Assembly: GCF_000007145.1 (NCBI RefSeq)
Contig: NC_003902.1
Span: 4,733,426 to 4,765,425, forward strand
Reading direction: 5' to 3'
Origin: Xanthomonas campestris pv. campestris str. ATCC 33913
GTDB taxonomy: Bacteria; Pseudomonadota; Gammaproteobacteria; Xanthomonadales; Xanthomonadaceae
Length of the DNA: 32,000 nt
The position numbers and the translations under genes were made by a program. Under the pieces are notes generated by a model, which was not told where the DNA came from, ran no database searches, and worked only from the letters and a program-made list of their open reading frames with translations. The stretch's first letter is position 1, and each line of letters starts with the position of its first letter. Shown here piece after piece: positions 15,706 to 24,554 of the stretch.

Positions 15706-18058
15706 CGGTCACCTCGCCTGCGGTGCGCTCCAGCGCCGGCTCACGCGACACCAGCAACGCCAGGATGAAATTGAACAGCACGCCCAGTGCGACCGTGCTG
15801 CCAATGGCGCGCAACACCGGGATGCTGGAGGCCGCCAGCAACGCGAACACCAGCAGCGTCATCAGGCTGCAGACGATCAGCGCGTGCAAGGTGCGCAATT
15901 GATCGGCGTGATCATCGCCGGCATGGTCGAAGAACAGCGCGTAATCCAGGCCCAGCCCCGCGGCAAGGATCAGCGCGATCAGGTGGAACAGGTTGAGCTC
16001 CACGCCCATGCCGCGCAGGATCGCCAGAATCAGCACGGTGGTCAGCGCCATCGGCAGCAACACGCGCACGATACGACGCGGGCTGCGCAGCGCAATCGCC
16101 ACCGTCGCTGCCAGCAACAACGCGGCCAACAGCAGCGCACCGAGTACGCGCCCACGGTAGGCGGCGACCAGCGATTCGGACGCCTCCTTCAGATCGAGCA
16201 GCTGCGCGCCGCTGCCTTGCACGGCGCTGGCGATGACGGCCGGATCGCGCAGGCCGGTGAGCGATACCAGCGCGGTGCTGCGATCGCTACGCCCCAGCAA
16301 CAGCCCGCCGACCGACGTCGCCAGCGGCGAGCCGGCCAGATCCTTCGGCGCCAGCGGCGCGGCCTGCTTGGCGGTCTGCAGATCCTGCAGGAACGGGGCA
16401 AACACATCGCTGCGAAACGGCGTGGCTGCCACCGCTTGCTGCAGCAGCGCGCTGGCCTGGGCTGCATCGGGCAACGCGGCCTGGCGTGCCTGCTGAGTCT
16501 TGGCGCTGGGCAAATACCGCGCCGCCATGTCGTAACCGGCCAAGGCACCCTCACGCACCAACGCATCCAGACGCGGGCGCAAACGCTCGCTGGCCTGCAG
16601 CGCGGCTTCGTCCGATGGCGCGGACAGCGCCAGCACATACCGCACATCCGGTGCGCCCAGTTCCTGGCGCAAATGGGTGTCCTGCGCCAGCGCCTTGGGC
16701 GGTACGGGAGTGAGTTTGGACAAGTCGTTCTGCCAGAACTGCCCGGGCGCGAAGGCAATCACCGCGATGCCGACCACCGCAATCACCGCCAGGCTGATGC
16801 GCGGGCGTCGCAGCCGCGCAATCGCGCGCCACAGCGTGGCCAGCAGGCGCGAATCGGCATAGTCGCGCGGCGCCGGATCGATCAACCACGGCAGCAGCCA
16901 ACGCGTGGTGGCCGCCGCAGTGGCCAGGCCGGCGATGGTGAACACCGCCAGCTGGCGCAGGCCGTCCACACCGGAAAACAGGAAGGTCACATACGCAATG
17001 CAGGTGGACACCACGCCGGTGGCCAGGGTGGGCCACAGATGCCGCGCGTTGGCGCGTGGATCCAGGCCCGGGCGTTGATGACTGAACAGGTGAATCGGGT
17101 AGTCCTGCACCACGCCGATCAAGGTGAAACCAAAGGCCACGGTGATGCCGTGCACGCCTTCGAACAGCAGCGCCACTGCGCCCAGGCCTGCCAGCCCGGC
17201 GCTGGCCAGCGGCAGCACGCCGAGCACCGGAATCTTCCAGCTGCGGTAGGCCACCAGCAGCAACAGCACCAGACCCACCGTGTCCAGCGTGCCGATCCAC
17301 TGCGCCTCGCCCTGCGTGCGCGCGGTGATCTCCACCGCGAACGCACCCGGGCCGGTCAGCGTCATCCGCGTGGCGGTGCCGGCGCTGACCTTGGCAAAGG
17401 CCGCCTGCACGGCGTCGTAGGCCAGTTGCTGGCCGGTCGGGTCGAAGCCGGCGGCACGCGTCTGCACCACCAGCAGCGCCGAGGTGCCGGCACGGTCGAA
17501 CCAGACCTCATCGTGTGTCTGCGGCGCGGCGGCTGGCTGCAAGGTTTCGGCCAGATGCAGCACTTCCAGCGTAGGGTCACGCGGCAGCAGCGGTTCCACC
17601 ATCGCGCCGGCGGGCGAACCCAGATCCTGCACGCGCGCCTGCAGCGCCGTCTCCAGCGCAGCGGCATCCAGGGGTGCGGCATCGAAGCTGTCGCTGAGCA
17701 GGTAGCGGTACGGCAGCAGGCGCTGCGGAATCGCCTCCAGGCCAGCGCTACCGCCATTGCCGACCAGCTCGAACAGGTCCGGCTGCGCGGCCAGTGTGCG
17801 ATACAGCGCGCGCGACTGCGCCGCCAAGGTCGCCGGGTCGCTGTTGGATAGCGACATCAACAACAGCCGCGAGCCAGGGCCTTCGCCGAGTTCTTCGATC
17901 AACAGCTTCTGCGCCGGCGTGCGCGGAGCGGGCATGAATTTACGCAGGTCACCGGAGACCTTGAGCGTTTCGCTCAACCAGAAACCAGCCACCGCCAGCA
18001 GCGCCAACCACAGCAGCGCCAAGCCGATGCGCCGGTTGGCATTTAACTCAAACGCCAT
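15692..18058 (-). CDS. MMPL/RND-superfamily membrane exporter
   Basis: From ORF 15692..18109. I chose the ATG at 18058 (MAFELNANRRIGLALLWLALLAVAGFWL), giving 788 aa. Two blocks of multiple TM helices are separated by large soluble loops, which is the typical MMPL topology of aryl-polyene clusters. Confidence 0.85.
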   Translation of the reverse strand: MAFELNANRRIGLALLWLALLAVAGFWLSETLKVSGDLRKFMPAPRTPAQKLLIEELGEGPGSRLLLMSLSNSDPATLAAQSRALYRTLAAQPDLFELVGNGGSAGLEAIPQRLLPYRYLLSDSFDAAPLDAAALETALQARVQDLGSPAGAMVEPLLPRDPTLEVLHLAETLQPAAAPQTHDEVWFDRAGTSALLVVQTRAAGFDPTGQQLAYDAVQAAFAKVSAGTATRMTLTGPGAFAVEITARTQGEAQWIGTLDTVGLVLLLLVAYRSWKIPVLGVLPLASAGLAGLGAVALLFEGVHGITVAFGFTLIGVVQDYPIHLFSHQRPGLDPRANARHLWPTLATGVVSTCIAYVTFLFSGVDGLRQLAVFTIAGLATAAATTRWLLPWLIDPAPRDYADSRLLATLWRAIARLRRPRISLAVIAVVGIAVIAFAPGQFWQNDLSKLTPVPPKALAQDTHLRQELGAPDVRYVLALSAPSDEAALQASERLRPRLDALVREGALAGYDMAARYLPSAKTQQARQAALPDAAQASALLQQAVAATPFRSDVFAPFLQDLQTAKQAAPLAPKDLAGSPLATSVGGLLLGRSDRSTALVSLTGLRDPAVIASAVQGSGAQLLDLKEASESLVAAYRGRVLGALLLAALLLAATVAIALRSPRRIVRVLLPMALTTVLILAILRGMGVELNLFHLIALILAAGLGLDYALFFDHAGDDHADQLRTLHALIVCSLMTLLVFALLAASSIPVLRAIGSTVALGVLFNFILALLVSREPALERTAGEVTDART

Positions 18059-18284
18059 GTGCCAGCTCCCGCTGCGTGGCCGAACGTGCACTGGCCGCAC
18101 GCCCGGCATCGGGCAGCAACAGTGCTTTCAGTTTGCTGAGAGCGGGCATGAACTTCCTTAAATCGCCCGACACCTTGAGCGTTTCGCTCAACCAGAAACC
18201 GGCTATTGCCAGCAGCGCCAGCCACAGCAGCGCCAAGCCGATGCGCCGGTTGGCATTCAACTCAAACGCCATGTGCCAGCTCCC
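17927..18284. repeat. Tandem duplication (period 214 bp) of the MMPL gene 5' end plus 12 nt of leader
   Basis: 17927-18070 aligns without gaps to 18141-18284, with 129/144 identical by hand alignment. Weaker similarity continues upstream: 18071-~18110 versus 18285-~18325. Confidence 0.9.
18048..18272 (-). pseudogene. Truncated duplicate of the MMPL exporter N-terminus (74-aa ORF, first 44 codons homologous)
   Basis: The ORF product is MAFELNANRRIGLALLWLALLAIAGFWLSETLKVSGDLRKFMPA, followed by unrelated sequence and a stop. It is identical to the MMPL N-terminus except for V23I. Confidence 0.6.
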
Positions 18285-18359
18285 ATGTCATGGCACCACG
18301 TGCACCGGCCGGGTGCGACATCAAGAGGTGCTGGCGCTGTGCGCTGCCGATGGGCGCGA

Positions 18360-19007
18360 TCACGCCGCCGGGCCGTGGCACAGGGTGGTGAGCGCCGCCG
18401 CGTCGGTCACGGCCGCCGCATCGCGTGCCGCACCGGCCAGCAAGGTGCGCTGCACATCGCCCTTGACCGGCACACTTTCGATGCAGCGCAGCTCATCGCC
18501 ACGCCCGTACAGGCGCAACTCGCGCACCTGCTTGGCCACGGCCGCATCCTTGGGCTGCAACTGCAGCTGCCAGGCCTGCGGCCGGCCCTGCCCGCTGACG
18601 CGGTACTGCTGTTCCAGCAAGGCGCGATCGCCGGACAGCAGCGCACCGAAGCCGGACTTCAAGCCGGCCAGTTCGGGGACGCGGCTCAAGGAAAAACGAC
18701 GCGGCGATTTGCCTTCGCGTTCCAGCACGCCTTCGTCGCCGCGCAAGGTGGTCGTCTCGCGATACGGCGCGCTGACCTCGCGCACCAGGGTTTGCGCATC
18801 CGGGCGGCGGTAATGGCCCTGCACGCGCAGCGGCGACTTCAGCAGCGCCGAGCCACGCAACTCCACGAACTCGGTGCTGACCGGGGCCGGGCGTGCCAGG
18901 CGTTGCAGCACCTGGCCTACATCCAGCGCCTCAGGCGGTGCGGCGCATAGCGGTGCGGCGCTGAACAGCAGTATCAGCATCCACGGCAGGGTGCGGCGCA
19001 TCGGCAT
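18360..19007 (-). CDS. LolA-like outer-membrane lipoprotein carrier family protein (secreted)
   Basis: Internal start of ORF 18360..19235, at ATG 19007 or 19001. It has the signal-peptide-like N-terminus MPMRRTLPWMLILLFSAAPLCAAPPEAL. Its ~215-aa size and its position next to the MMPL gene match aryl-polyene clusters. Confidence 0.7.
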   Translation of the reverse strand: MPMRRTLPWMLILLFSAAPLCAAPPEALDVGQVLQRLARPAPVSTEFVELRGSALLKSPLRVQGHYRRPDAQTLVREVSAPYRETTTLRGDEGVLEREGKSPRRFSLSRVPELAGLKSGFGALLSGDRALLEQQYRVSGQGRPQAWQLQLQPKDAAVAKQVRELRLYGRGDELRCIESVPVKGDVQRTLLAGAARDAAAVTDAAALTTLCHGPAA

Positions 19008-19905
19008 GATGGGTGTTCCAGAAATCGTAGAAGTTGAACCAGTTGTACGGCGCGTAGCGTGTGTAATGTTCCAGCCTGGCGGCGTAATCGCGCATGAGCA
19101 CGGCCAGCACCGGCGCACGCTGGCGACGCGGCACGTCCAACCCTTCGCTGAAGGTCTCGAAGGCCAGCTCGTAATGGTTGCCGCCGCGGTACAGGCCGAA
19201 GGCCAGCACCACCGGCACCTTGAGCGCAGCGGCAATCAGCCACGGCGAGGTCGGGAACATCGCATTACGGCCGAGGAACATCGCCGGCAACGCCGGGTCG
19301 CCCTCGCGCGGGCGATCGATCAGCAGCGCCACCAGCGCGCCGGCGTCGGTGGCTTCCTTGATCGCCATGACGATCGAGGTCGCATCCATCCCGGCATCGA
19401 TGATGTTGGCGGCCAGCTGCGGATTGAGCGCGCCCAGCAGATCGGTCATGGCGCGGTTATGCGCCTTGTCCAGCACCACCTTGACCTGCACGTCCGGGCG
19501 TTCGGTGGCCAGCACGCGCAACGCATCGAAACTGCCCAGGTGCGAGCCGAAGATCAGCACGCCACGGCCGCGGTCCATCTGCGTGTGCAGTTGATCCAGC
19601 CCGGTGATATCGACCTGGAAGCGCTGCATCTGGCCGCACAGCATGTACACGCGGTCCAGGATGGTGGAGGCAAAGGTATGAATATGGCGCGCCACATCGC
19701 GCACCGTGGCCGGCCGGCCGAGCACACGCGCCAGGTAGGCGCGCGAGGCGGTGCGCTCAGGCCCGCGCACCAGCAGGAAGTACAGCGTGATCGGATACAG
19801 CAGCGCGCGCCCGACCGAACGCCCGGCGTGCCGGGCAATGCCACGGATCAGCCACAGCGCGAACCGGCCGCCGCCCTCGGGGCGTTGTTTCCAGTGATTG
19901 CTCAT
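18931..19905 (-). CDS. LpxL/HtrB-like (lipid A lauroyl-type) acyltransferase
   Basis: 324-aa ORF with the HX4D motif in IFGSHLGSFDAL. It has an ATGA overlap with the upstream dehydratase gene. Its non-conserved-looking C-terminal tail overlaps the LolA-like start. Confidence 0.75.
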   Translation of the reverse strand: MSNHWKQRPEGGGRFALWLIRGIARHAGRSVGRALLYPITLYFLLVRGPERTASRAYLARVLGRPATVRDVARHIHTFASTILDRVYMLCGQMQRFQVDITGLDQLHTQMDRGRGVLIFGSHLGSFDALRVLATERPDVQVKVVLDKAHNRAMTDLLGALNPQLAANIIDAGMDATSIVMAIKEATDAGALVALLIDRPREGDPALPAMFLGRNAMFPTSPWLIAAALKVPVVLAFGLYRGGNHYELAFETFSEGLDVPRRQRAPVLAVLMRDYAARLEHYTRYAPYNWFNFYDFWNTHHADAPHPAVDADTAVQRRTAMRRTA

Positions 19906-20189
19906 GCCGCCGCCTCCGCCACCAGCTCGCCACTGACCAGCAACTGGCCGTCGCGCTGCACGCGGAAGCGCCAGCGCGGGCCATCGCCTTCCAGCGTCAC
20001 CGAGGCCGTCTGGCCAGGCAACAACGGTTGCACGAACTTCACCTGCGGCAAGCGTGCCGGCGCACGCGCACCGTGCACCGCTTCCACGGCCTGCAGCACG
20101 TGGTCGAGCACCACCACGCCAGGCACCACCGGGCGGCCGGGAAAATGCCCAGGCAGGGAGGGATGATCATGCGGTACGACGAAATCCAT
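19902..20189 (-). CDS. Small hot-dog fold dehydratase (FabZ-like active-site motif)
   Basis: Last 95 codons of the composite ORF 19902..21230, with ATG at 20189. The product MDFVVPHDHPSLPGHFPGRPVVPGVVVLDHVLQA contains the FabA/FabZ-type H...FPG.PV.PG motif. Confidence 0.75.
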   Translation of the reverse strand: MDFVVPHDHPSLPGHFPGRPVVPGVVVLDHVLQAVEAVHGARAPARLPQVKFVQPLLPGQTASVTLEGDGPRWRFRVQRDGQLLVSGELVAEAAA

Positions 20190-20200
20190 AAGCGTGGAAC

Positions 20201-20977
20201 TCAGATCCTGGGTTGAAGCATTGCAGCCACCATACGGTGTGCCTGCTCGGTCAATTGTTGGCGGTCCGGCGCGTCCGGCCCGGTCACCGGGATGGGCGCG
20301 CCGATGCGCACGCGGATCACGCCGGGCCTGACCCGGAACAGCCCGTCCACCGGCAACACCTTGCCGCATCCATCCACGGCCACCGGCACCACCTGCACAC
20401 CAGCATCGATAGCGGCCTGCAGTAGCCCGGCCTTGAATGGCAATAGTGCGCCTGTGCGGCTGCGCGTGCCTTCGGGAAACAGACACAACTGTTGACCATT
20501 GCGCAGCAAGGCGGCTGCCTGCCGGCGCACCATCGCACCGGCGCGACGGCTGTCGCGGTCCAGGAACAGCATGCCGGTGGCGCGCGCATACCAGTTCACG
20601 AACGGCACCTTGAGCATTTCTTCCTTGAGCAGAAAGCGCAGCGGCACCGGCAAGGCGTAGAACAACGCGCAGATGTCGATGATCGACTGGTGGTTGCTGA
20701 CGAACAGATAGTTCTTGGACCAGTCCACGCGCTCGCGGCCTTCCACGATCACCTTGGCACCGGCGCCGCGAAACAGCACCGGCGCCCACATCCAGGCGCC
20801 CATGCGCAGAAGCCGGTCCGCATCGCGCGTGATCGCCAGCAGCACCAACGCATACACGATCCCGCCAGCGGTAAACGCCAGCGTGAAAGCGAATTGCAGG
20901 AGGTTGAACACAGCCCACGCCAAGCGCGACGGCATCCTTGCCAAAGGCATTTTTGTCTTGTCCCCGAAAATGTGCAC
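20201..20977 (-). CDS. 1-acyl-sn-glycerol-3-phosphate (lysophospholipid) acyltransferase, PlsC-like
   Basis: 258-aa ORF starting with GTG at 20977. An alternative ATG at 20950 gives MPLARMPS. It has the HX4D motif FVSNHQSIIDI and the FPEGTRSRTG motif. Confidence 0.85.
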   Translation of the reverse strand: MHIFGDKTKMPLARMPSRLAWAVFNLLQFAFTLAFTAGGIVYALVLLAITRDADRLLRMGAWMWAPVLFRGAGAKVIVEGRERVDWSKNYLFVSNHQSIIDICALFYALPVPLRFLLKEEMLKVPFVNWYARATGMLFLDRDSRRAGAMVRRQAAALLRNGQQLCLFPEGTRSRTGALLPFKAGLLQAAIDAGVQVVPVAVDGCGKVLPVDGLFRVRPGVIRVRIGAPIPVTGPDAPDRQQLTEQAHRMVAAMLQPRI

Positions 20978-21003
20978 GTAAGTCGGTGCCCCTGGCTACA
21001 CCG

Positions 21004-21750
21004 TCAGCGTAGCAAATCGCGCCAGAATTCCGGCCCGAGCTGCGCCATCTGGCGCAAGAAGTCGGGCAGATTACGATAGGGGCGCTGCGGAAACCAGCGG
21101 CCGCGCAACAGATATTCGCCAACGAAGAACCCGCCGACCACGCCATAGGCCAGCAGATTGGCGAACAACGAGGCGCGCGCGTCGCTGATCGGCAGCGGTG
21201 AGGCGTAGCCCAGCTGCGCCAGCACGCCACTGGGTTCGGCGCACAGCCCCAGCACCAGATTGACCAGGGTCAGCAGTGACAACAGCACCGCCCAGCCCAG
21301 CGTGAGCCGGCGCGTGTAGGTGTATTGCGCAGGGGTGATCGGCATGCCCGCCTGGCGGTACAGCCCTTCGACGATGCGGGTGATCAGCGGCGTGCGCCCG
21401 CGGCGCAGGCTGCGGCCGAAGAACCAGGCAATCCAGCCGGTGAACACCACCGGCGGCGCGGCCAGCAGCAGCATGGCGTAGGGCGAATGCCACAGCGCGC
21501 CCAGCCCCACCAGGATCAGCGCCGTCAGCGCCCACGCCCACAAACGGCGGCTGGCCAGCGGCTCGATCAACACCATGGCCAGCAGCAGGCCGCCGGCGAT
21601 GACGGCCAGGTCCGAGCGATGCGTGGCGTTGGCCCAGTGCGCCAGCGGCGAATACGCCACGGCCAGCAGCACGCCCAGCCCCAACACCCACGGCGCCGCT
21701 TCGGCAGGCGGCGTGGCCGGGTCTTCAGGTAGTCTTGTTGGCTTCGACAT
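21004..21750 (-). CDS. Integral membrane protein of unknown function (pigment-cluster associated)
   Basis: 248-aa ORF with several hydrophobic helices (WVLGLGVLLAVAYSPLA, LAVIAGGLLLAMVLI, ALTALILVGLGALW, LLLAAPPVVFTGWIAWFF, LGWAVLLSLLTLVNLVLGL). No motif was recognised. Confidence 0.65.
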   Translation of the reverse strand: MSKPTRLPEDPATPPAEAAPWVLGLGVLLAVAYSPLAHWANATHRSDLAVIAGGLLLAMVLIEPLASRRLWAWALTALILVGLGALWHSPYAMLLLAAPPVVFTGWIAWFFGRSLRRGRTPLITRIVEGLYRQAGMPITPAQYTYTRRLTLGWAVLLSLLTLVNLVLGLCAEPSGVLAQLGYASPLPISDARASLFANLLAYGVVGGFFVGEYLLRGRWFPQRPYRNLPDFLRQMAQLGPEFWRDLLR

Positions 21751-21994
21751 GCGCCGACAATGCGCGCAGCGACGCGAAGATGCGACGGTTCTCGTCGTTG
21801 TCCGAACGCAGCTGGAAGCCGTAGCGCTTGCTGATCGCCAGCGCCAGTTCCAGCGCGTCGATCGAATCCAGCCCCAGGCCGGTATTGAACAGCGGCGCCT
21901 CCGGATCGATGTCGGCGGGCTGGACGTCTTCCAGGTTCAGGCTTTCGACCAGGAGTTCGGCCAGTTCACGTTCGGCAGCGGTTTGCGAGGACAT
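21725..21994 (-). CDS. xanC: Acyl carrier protein
   Basis: ATG at 21994 within ORF 21725..22054, giving 89 aa. The phosphopantetheine attachment context GLGLDSIDALELA is present. The xanC symbol is assigned only from context (an ACP next to xanB2/xanA2-like genes) and is tentative. Confidence 0.8.
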   Translation of the reverse strand: MSSQTAAERELAELLVESLNLEDVQPADIDPEAPLFNTGLGLDSIDALELALAISKRYGFQLRSDNDENRRIFASLRALSAHVEANKTT

Positions 21995-22123
21995 CCAGGG
22001 AGCTTCCAGGCTGAGGGGTGCGGGTAACGATTGCGGTGACCGGCGCCAGGGCATAACTGCCCCGGGCCGCCGGGCAGGCTATCATGACTCAATGACGCTC
22101 GCCCGCTGCAGGTTCGTTCCAGG
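21995..22123. promoter_or_regulatory. Divergent intergenic region between the ACP-led operon (-) and the halogenase/xanB2 operon (+)
   Basis: Positional inference. A TATCAT hexamer at about 22080 is a possible -10 for the + strand, but it is unsupported otherwise. Confidence 0.3.
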
Positions 22124-23491
22124 ATGACTTCCACTGTTGTTTGCCCCACCCCGTCCGCCATGCCGGCAGCCGGGCAGGCTCCCGGGCCGGAGTGTCCGGA
22201 TGTATTGATCATCGGCGGTGGCCCCGCCGGTTGCGCTGCCGCCATCGTGCTCGCGCAGCAGGGCTGGGCCGTGACGCTGCTGGAAAAAGAGCAGCACCCG
22301 CGCTTCCACATCGGCGAGTCGCTGCTGCCGATGAACATCCCGATCCTCGAACGCCTGGGCGTGCTCGAGCAGGTGCGCGACATTGGCGTGCTCAAGCGTG
22401 GCGCCGACTTTCCCAATGACGCCGGCGGCTACAACACCTTCCGCTTTTCGCATGCGCTCGATGCCAAGGCCGACTACGCCTTCCAGGTGCCGCGCGCGCA
22501 GTTTGACCAGGTGCTGTTCGCGCGGGCGCGCGAAGTTGGCGTGGATGCGCGCGAACAGGTCAAGGTGGAGAGCGTGGCGTTCGATGGCGAGCAGCCGGTG
22601 CTCCAGGCACGCGGCGTGGACGGCGTGCAGCAGTTCCGCCCGCGTTATCTGCTCGACGCCAGCGGCCGCGACACGTTTATGGGCAACCGCCTCAAGCTCA
22701 AGCGCGCCAATGCGAAGCACCAGTCGGCGGCGGTGTTCAGCCATTTCCGTGGGGTGACCCGGCGCCCGGGCGAGGACGCCGGCAACATCAGCATTTACCG
22801 CCATGCGCATGGCTGGATGTGGCTGATTCCGCTCCCGGACGATGTGATGAGCGTGGGCGCGGTCTGCTACCCCGACTACATGAAGACGCGCAAGGGCGAC
22901 AGCGAAGGCTTTTTGCTGCGCACGCTGGCGTTGAATCCGGAAGTGGCCGCGCGCATGGCCGATGCCGAGCGCGTGGCGCCGGTGCACGCCACCGGCAACT
23001 ACGCCTACGAATGCACGCGCATGAGCGGCCCGCGCTGGCTGCTGCTCGGCGATGCCTACACGTTTGTCGACCCGATGTTTTCCTCCGGCGTGTTCCTGGC
23101 CATGCACAGCGCCGAACGCGGCGCGGCCATGGTGGATGCGGTGCTGCGCGCGCCGCACCGCGAAGCCAGCCTGCAGCGCGCGCTGTCGCGCGAGTTGGCG
23201 CGCGGCCTGAGCGAGTTCAAGTGGTTCATCTACCGCTTCACCTCGCCCACCATGCGCGCACTGTTCGCGCAGCCGCAGAACGTGTGGCAGGTGGAACAGG
23301 CGGTGGTGGCGATGCTTGCCGGCGACGTGTTCGACAGCCCCAAGGTGCGCCGCCGCCTGCGCGTGTTCCGCGCCATCTATTCAGTCACCGCGCTGTCGAT
23401 GCTGCCGCGCGCCTGGCATGCCTGGCGGCATCGCCGGCGCCAGGCCCGGCTCGGCTTCGACGGTGACACCTTGCACAGAGACGCTCCATGA
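22124..23491 (+). CDS. Flavin-dependent halogenase (paralog 2)
   Basis: 455-aa ORF. An alternative ATG lies at 22160. It has the FAD fold VLIIGGGPAGCAAAIVLA. Both halogenase signatures are present: WxWxIP (HGWMWLIPL) and FxxPxxSxG (FVDPMFSSGV). Confidence 0.85.
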   Translation: MTSTVVCPTPSAMPAAGQAPGPECPDVLIIGGGPAGCAAAIVLAQQGWAVTLLEKEQHPRFHIGESLLPMNIPILERLGVLEQVRDIGVLKRGADFPNDAGGYNTFRFSHALDAKADYAFQVPRAQFDQVLFARAREVGVDAREQVKVESVAFDGEQPVLQARGVDGVQQFRPRYLLDASGRDTFMGNRLKLKRANAKHQSAAVFSHFRGVTRRPGEDAGNISIYRHAHGWMWLIPLPDDVMSVGAVCYPDYMKTRKGDSEGFLLRTLALNPEVAARMADAERVAPVHATGNYAYECTRMSGPRWLLLGDAYTFVDPMFSSGVFLAMHSAERGAAMVDAVLRAPHREASLQRALSRELARGLSEFKWFIYRFTSPTMRALFAQPQNVWQVEQAVVAMLAGDVFDSPKVRRRLRVFRAIYSVTALSMLPRAWHAWRHRRRQARLGFDGDTLHRDAP

Positions 23492-24495
23492 CCGCGCCAA
23501 CGCTCCAGCCCAACCAGACCGTGCGGCATCCGCGCCTGCAGGTCGACTATGTCGCGCAGACCGATCCCTCCACGCTGCTGCAGGATGCGCAGGTGCTGGC
23601 GGTGTTCGGTTTCGGCGATGCCGCGCCGCGGCTGGACGACCCACGCTATTTGCGCGTGCCACTGCAGCCGTACGCGGCCGATGTGCTGGAAGTCTGGCGC
23701 ACCGACGCACCGGTGCGCAGCGGCCGCGACGGCAACATTGCCTGGTCCAGCGACGGCCGCCTGCAGTTCGGCGTGATCGAGATCGACGAGCAGGAGGTCG
23801 AGATCGAAGAAGCCGCCGCCAAGGCGTATGCGGAGATCACCGCGTTCGTCTCCGGCAGCCAGACCCCGCGCCTGTTGCGCATCTGGAATTACCTGGATGC
23901 GATCACGCTGGGCAGCGGCGACCGCGAACGCTATCGGCAGTTCTGCGTGGGCCGTGCGCGCGGCCTGGGCGCCTTCGATGTTGCGCAGTTGCCCGCCGCC
24001 ACTGCCGTGGGCCGCTGCGATGCCGAGCGCATCATCCAGATCTACTGGCTGGCCGCGGCGGATGCCGGCACGCCGCTGGAAAATCCACGCCAGGTCAGCG
24101 CTTACAACTACCCGCGCCAGTACGGCCCGCAGCCGCCAAGTTTTGCCCGCGCGATGCTGCCACCGGCCGGCGGCGACATGCCGCTGCTGCTCTCGGGCAC
24201 CGCTGCAGTGGTTGGCCACGCCTCCATGCACACCGGGCAGCTGCTCGCGCAGCTGGAAGAAACCTTCGCCAATTTCGACGCCCTGCTCGGCGCCGCGCGC
24301 CAGCACGCACCCGGCCTGCCGGCGCAGTTCGGCGCCGGCACCCGCCTGAAGGTCTACGTGCGCGAACGCGACGATCTACCCAAGGTGGCTCAGGCCCTGG
24401 ACGCACGCTTCGGCGACGCGGTCCCGCGCCTGCTGCTACACGCGGTGATCTGCCGCGACGAACTGGCAGTGGAAATCGACGGCGTGCACGGCTGA
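23488..24495 (+). CDS. xanB2: XanB2-like chorismatase (3-/4-hydroxybenzoate synthase; often annotated 'pteridine-dependent deoxygenase-like')
   Basis: 335-aa ORF with an ATGA overlap with the halogenase gene. The assignment rests on size, position between a halogenase and the aryl-AMP ligase, and my recollection of the family. No catalytic motif was verified by eye. Confidence 0.7.
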   Translation: MTAPTLQPNQTVRHPRLQVDYVAQTDPSTLLQDAQVLAVFGFGDAAPRLDDPRYLRVPLQPYAADVLEVWRTDAPVRSGRDGNIAWSSDGRLQFGVIEIDEQEVEIEEAAAKAYAEITAFVSGSQTPRLLRIWNYLDAITLGSGDRERYRQFCVGRARGLGAFDVAQLPAATAVGRCDAERIIQIYWLAAADAGTPLENPRQVSAYNYPRQYGPQPPSFARAMLPPAGGDMPLLLSGTAAVVGHASMHTGQLLAQLEETFANFDALLGAARQHAPGLPAQFGAGTRLKVYVRERDDLPKVAQALDARFGDAVPRLLLHAVICRDELAVEIDGVHG

Positions 24496-24529
24496 GTCAT
24501 GGCGCGCACTGGCTGATGCACGTGGTGGC

Positions 24530-24549
24530 CTGCGCGGCAGCACGCGCAG
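24530..24549. terminator. GC-rich hairpin between convergent xanB2 and xanA2 genes (possible bidirectional terminator)
   Basis: The sequence is ctgcgcg-gcagca-cgcgcag: a 7-bp perfect stem with a 6-nt loop. No U-tract follows on either strand, so this is weak. Confidence 0.25.
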
Positions 24550-24554
24550 ACGCC

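Noticed and set aside
18059-18109. Upstream start (ATG at 18109, MPGVRPVHVRPRSGSWH...) for the MMPL exporter.
   Set aside because: The duplicated segment shows that homology, conserved under synonymous-only divergence, begins exactly at the ATG at 18058/18272. This argues that MAFELNANRR is the real N-terminus.
19902-21230. 442-aa ORF that appears to be one large gene.
   Set aside because: Only the last 95 codons (from the ATG at 20189) have a dehydratase motif. The remainder is out of frame across the PlsC-like gene (20201..20977) and the membrane-protein gene, both of which have real motifs or hydrophobic helices.
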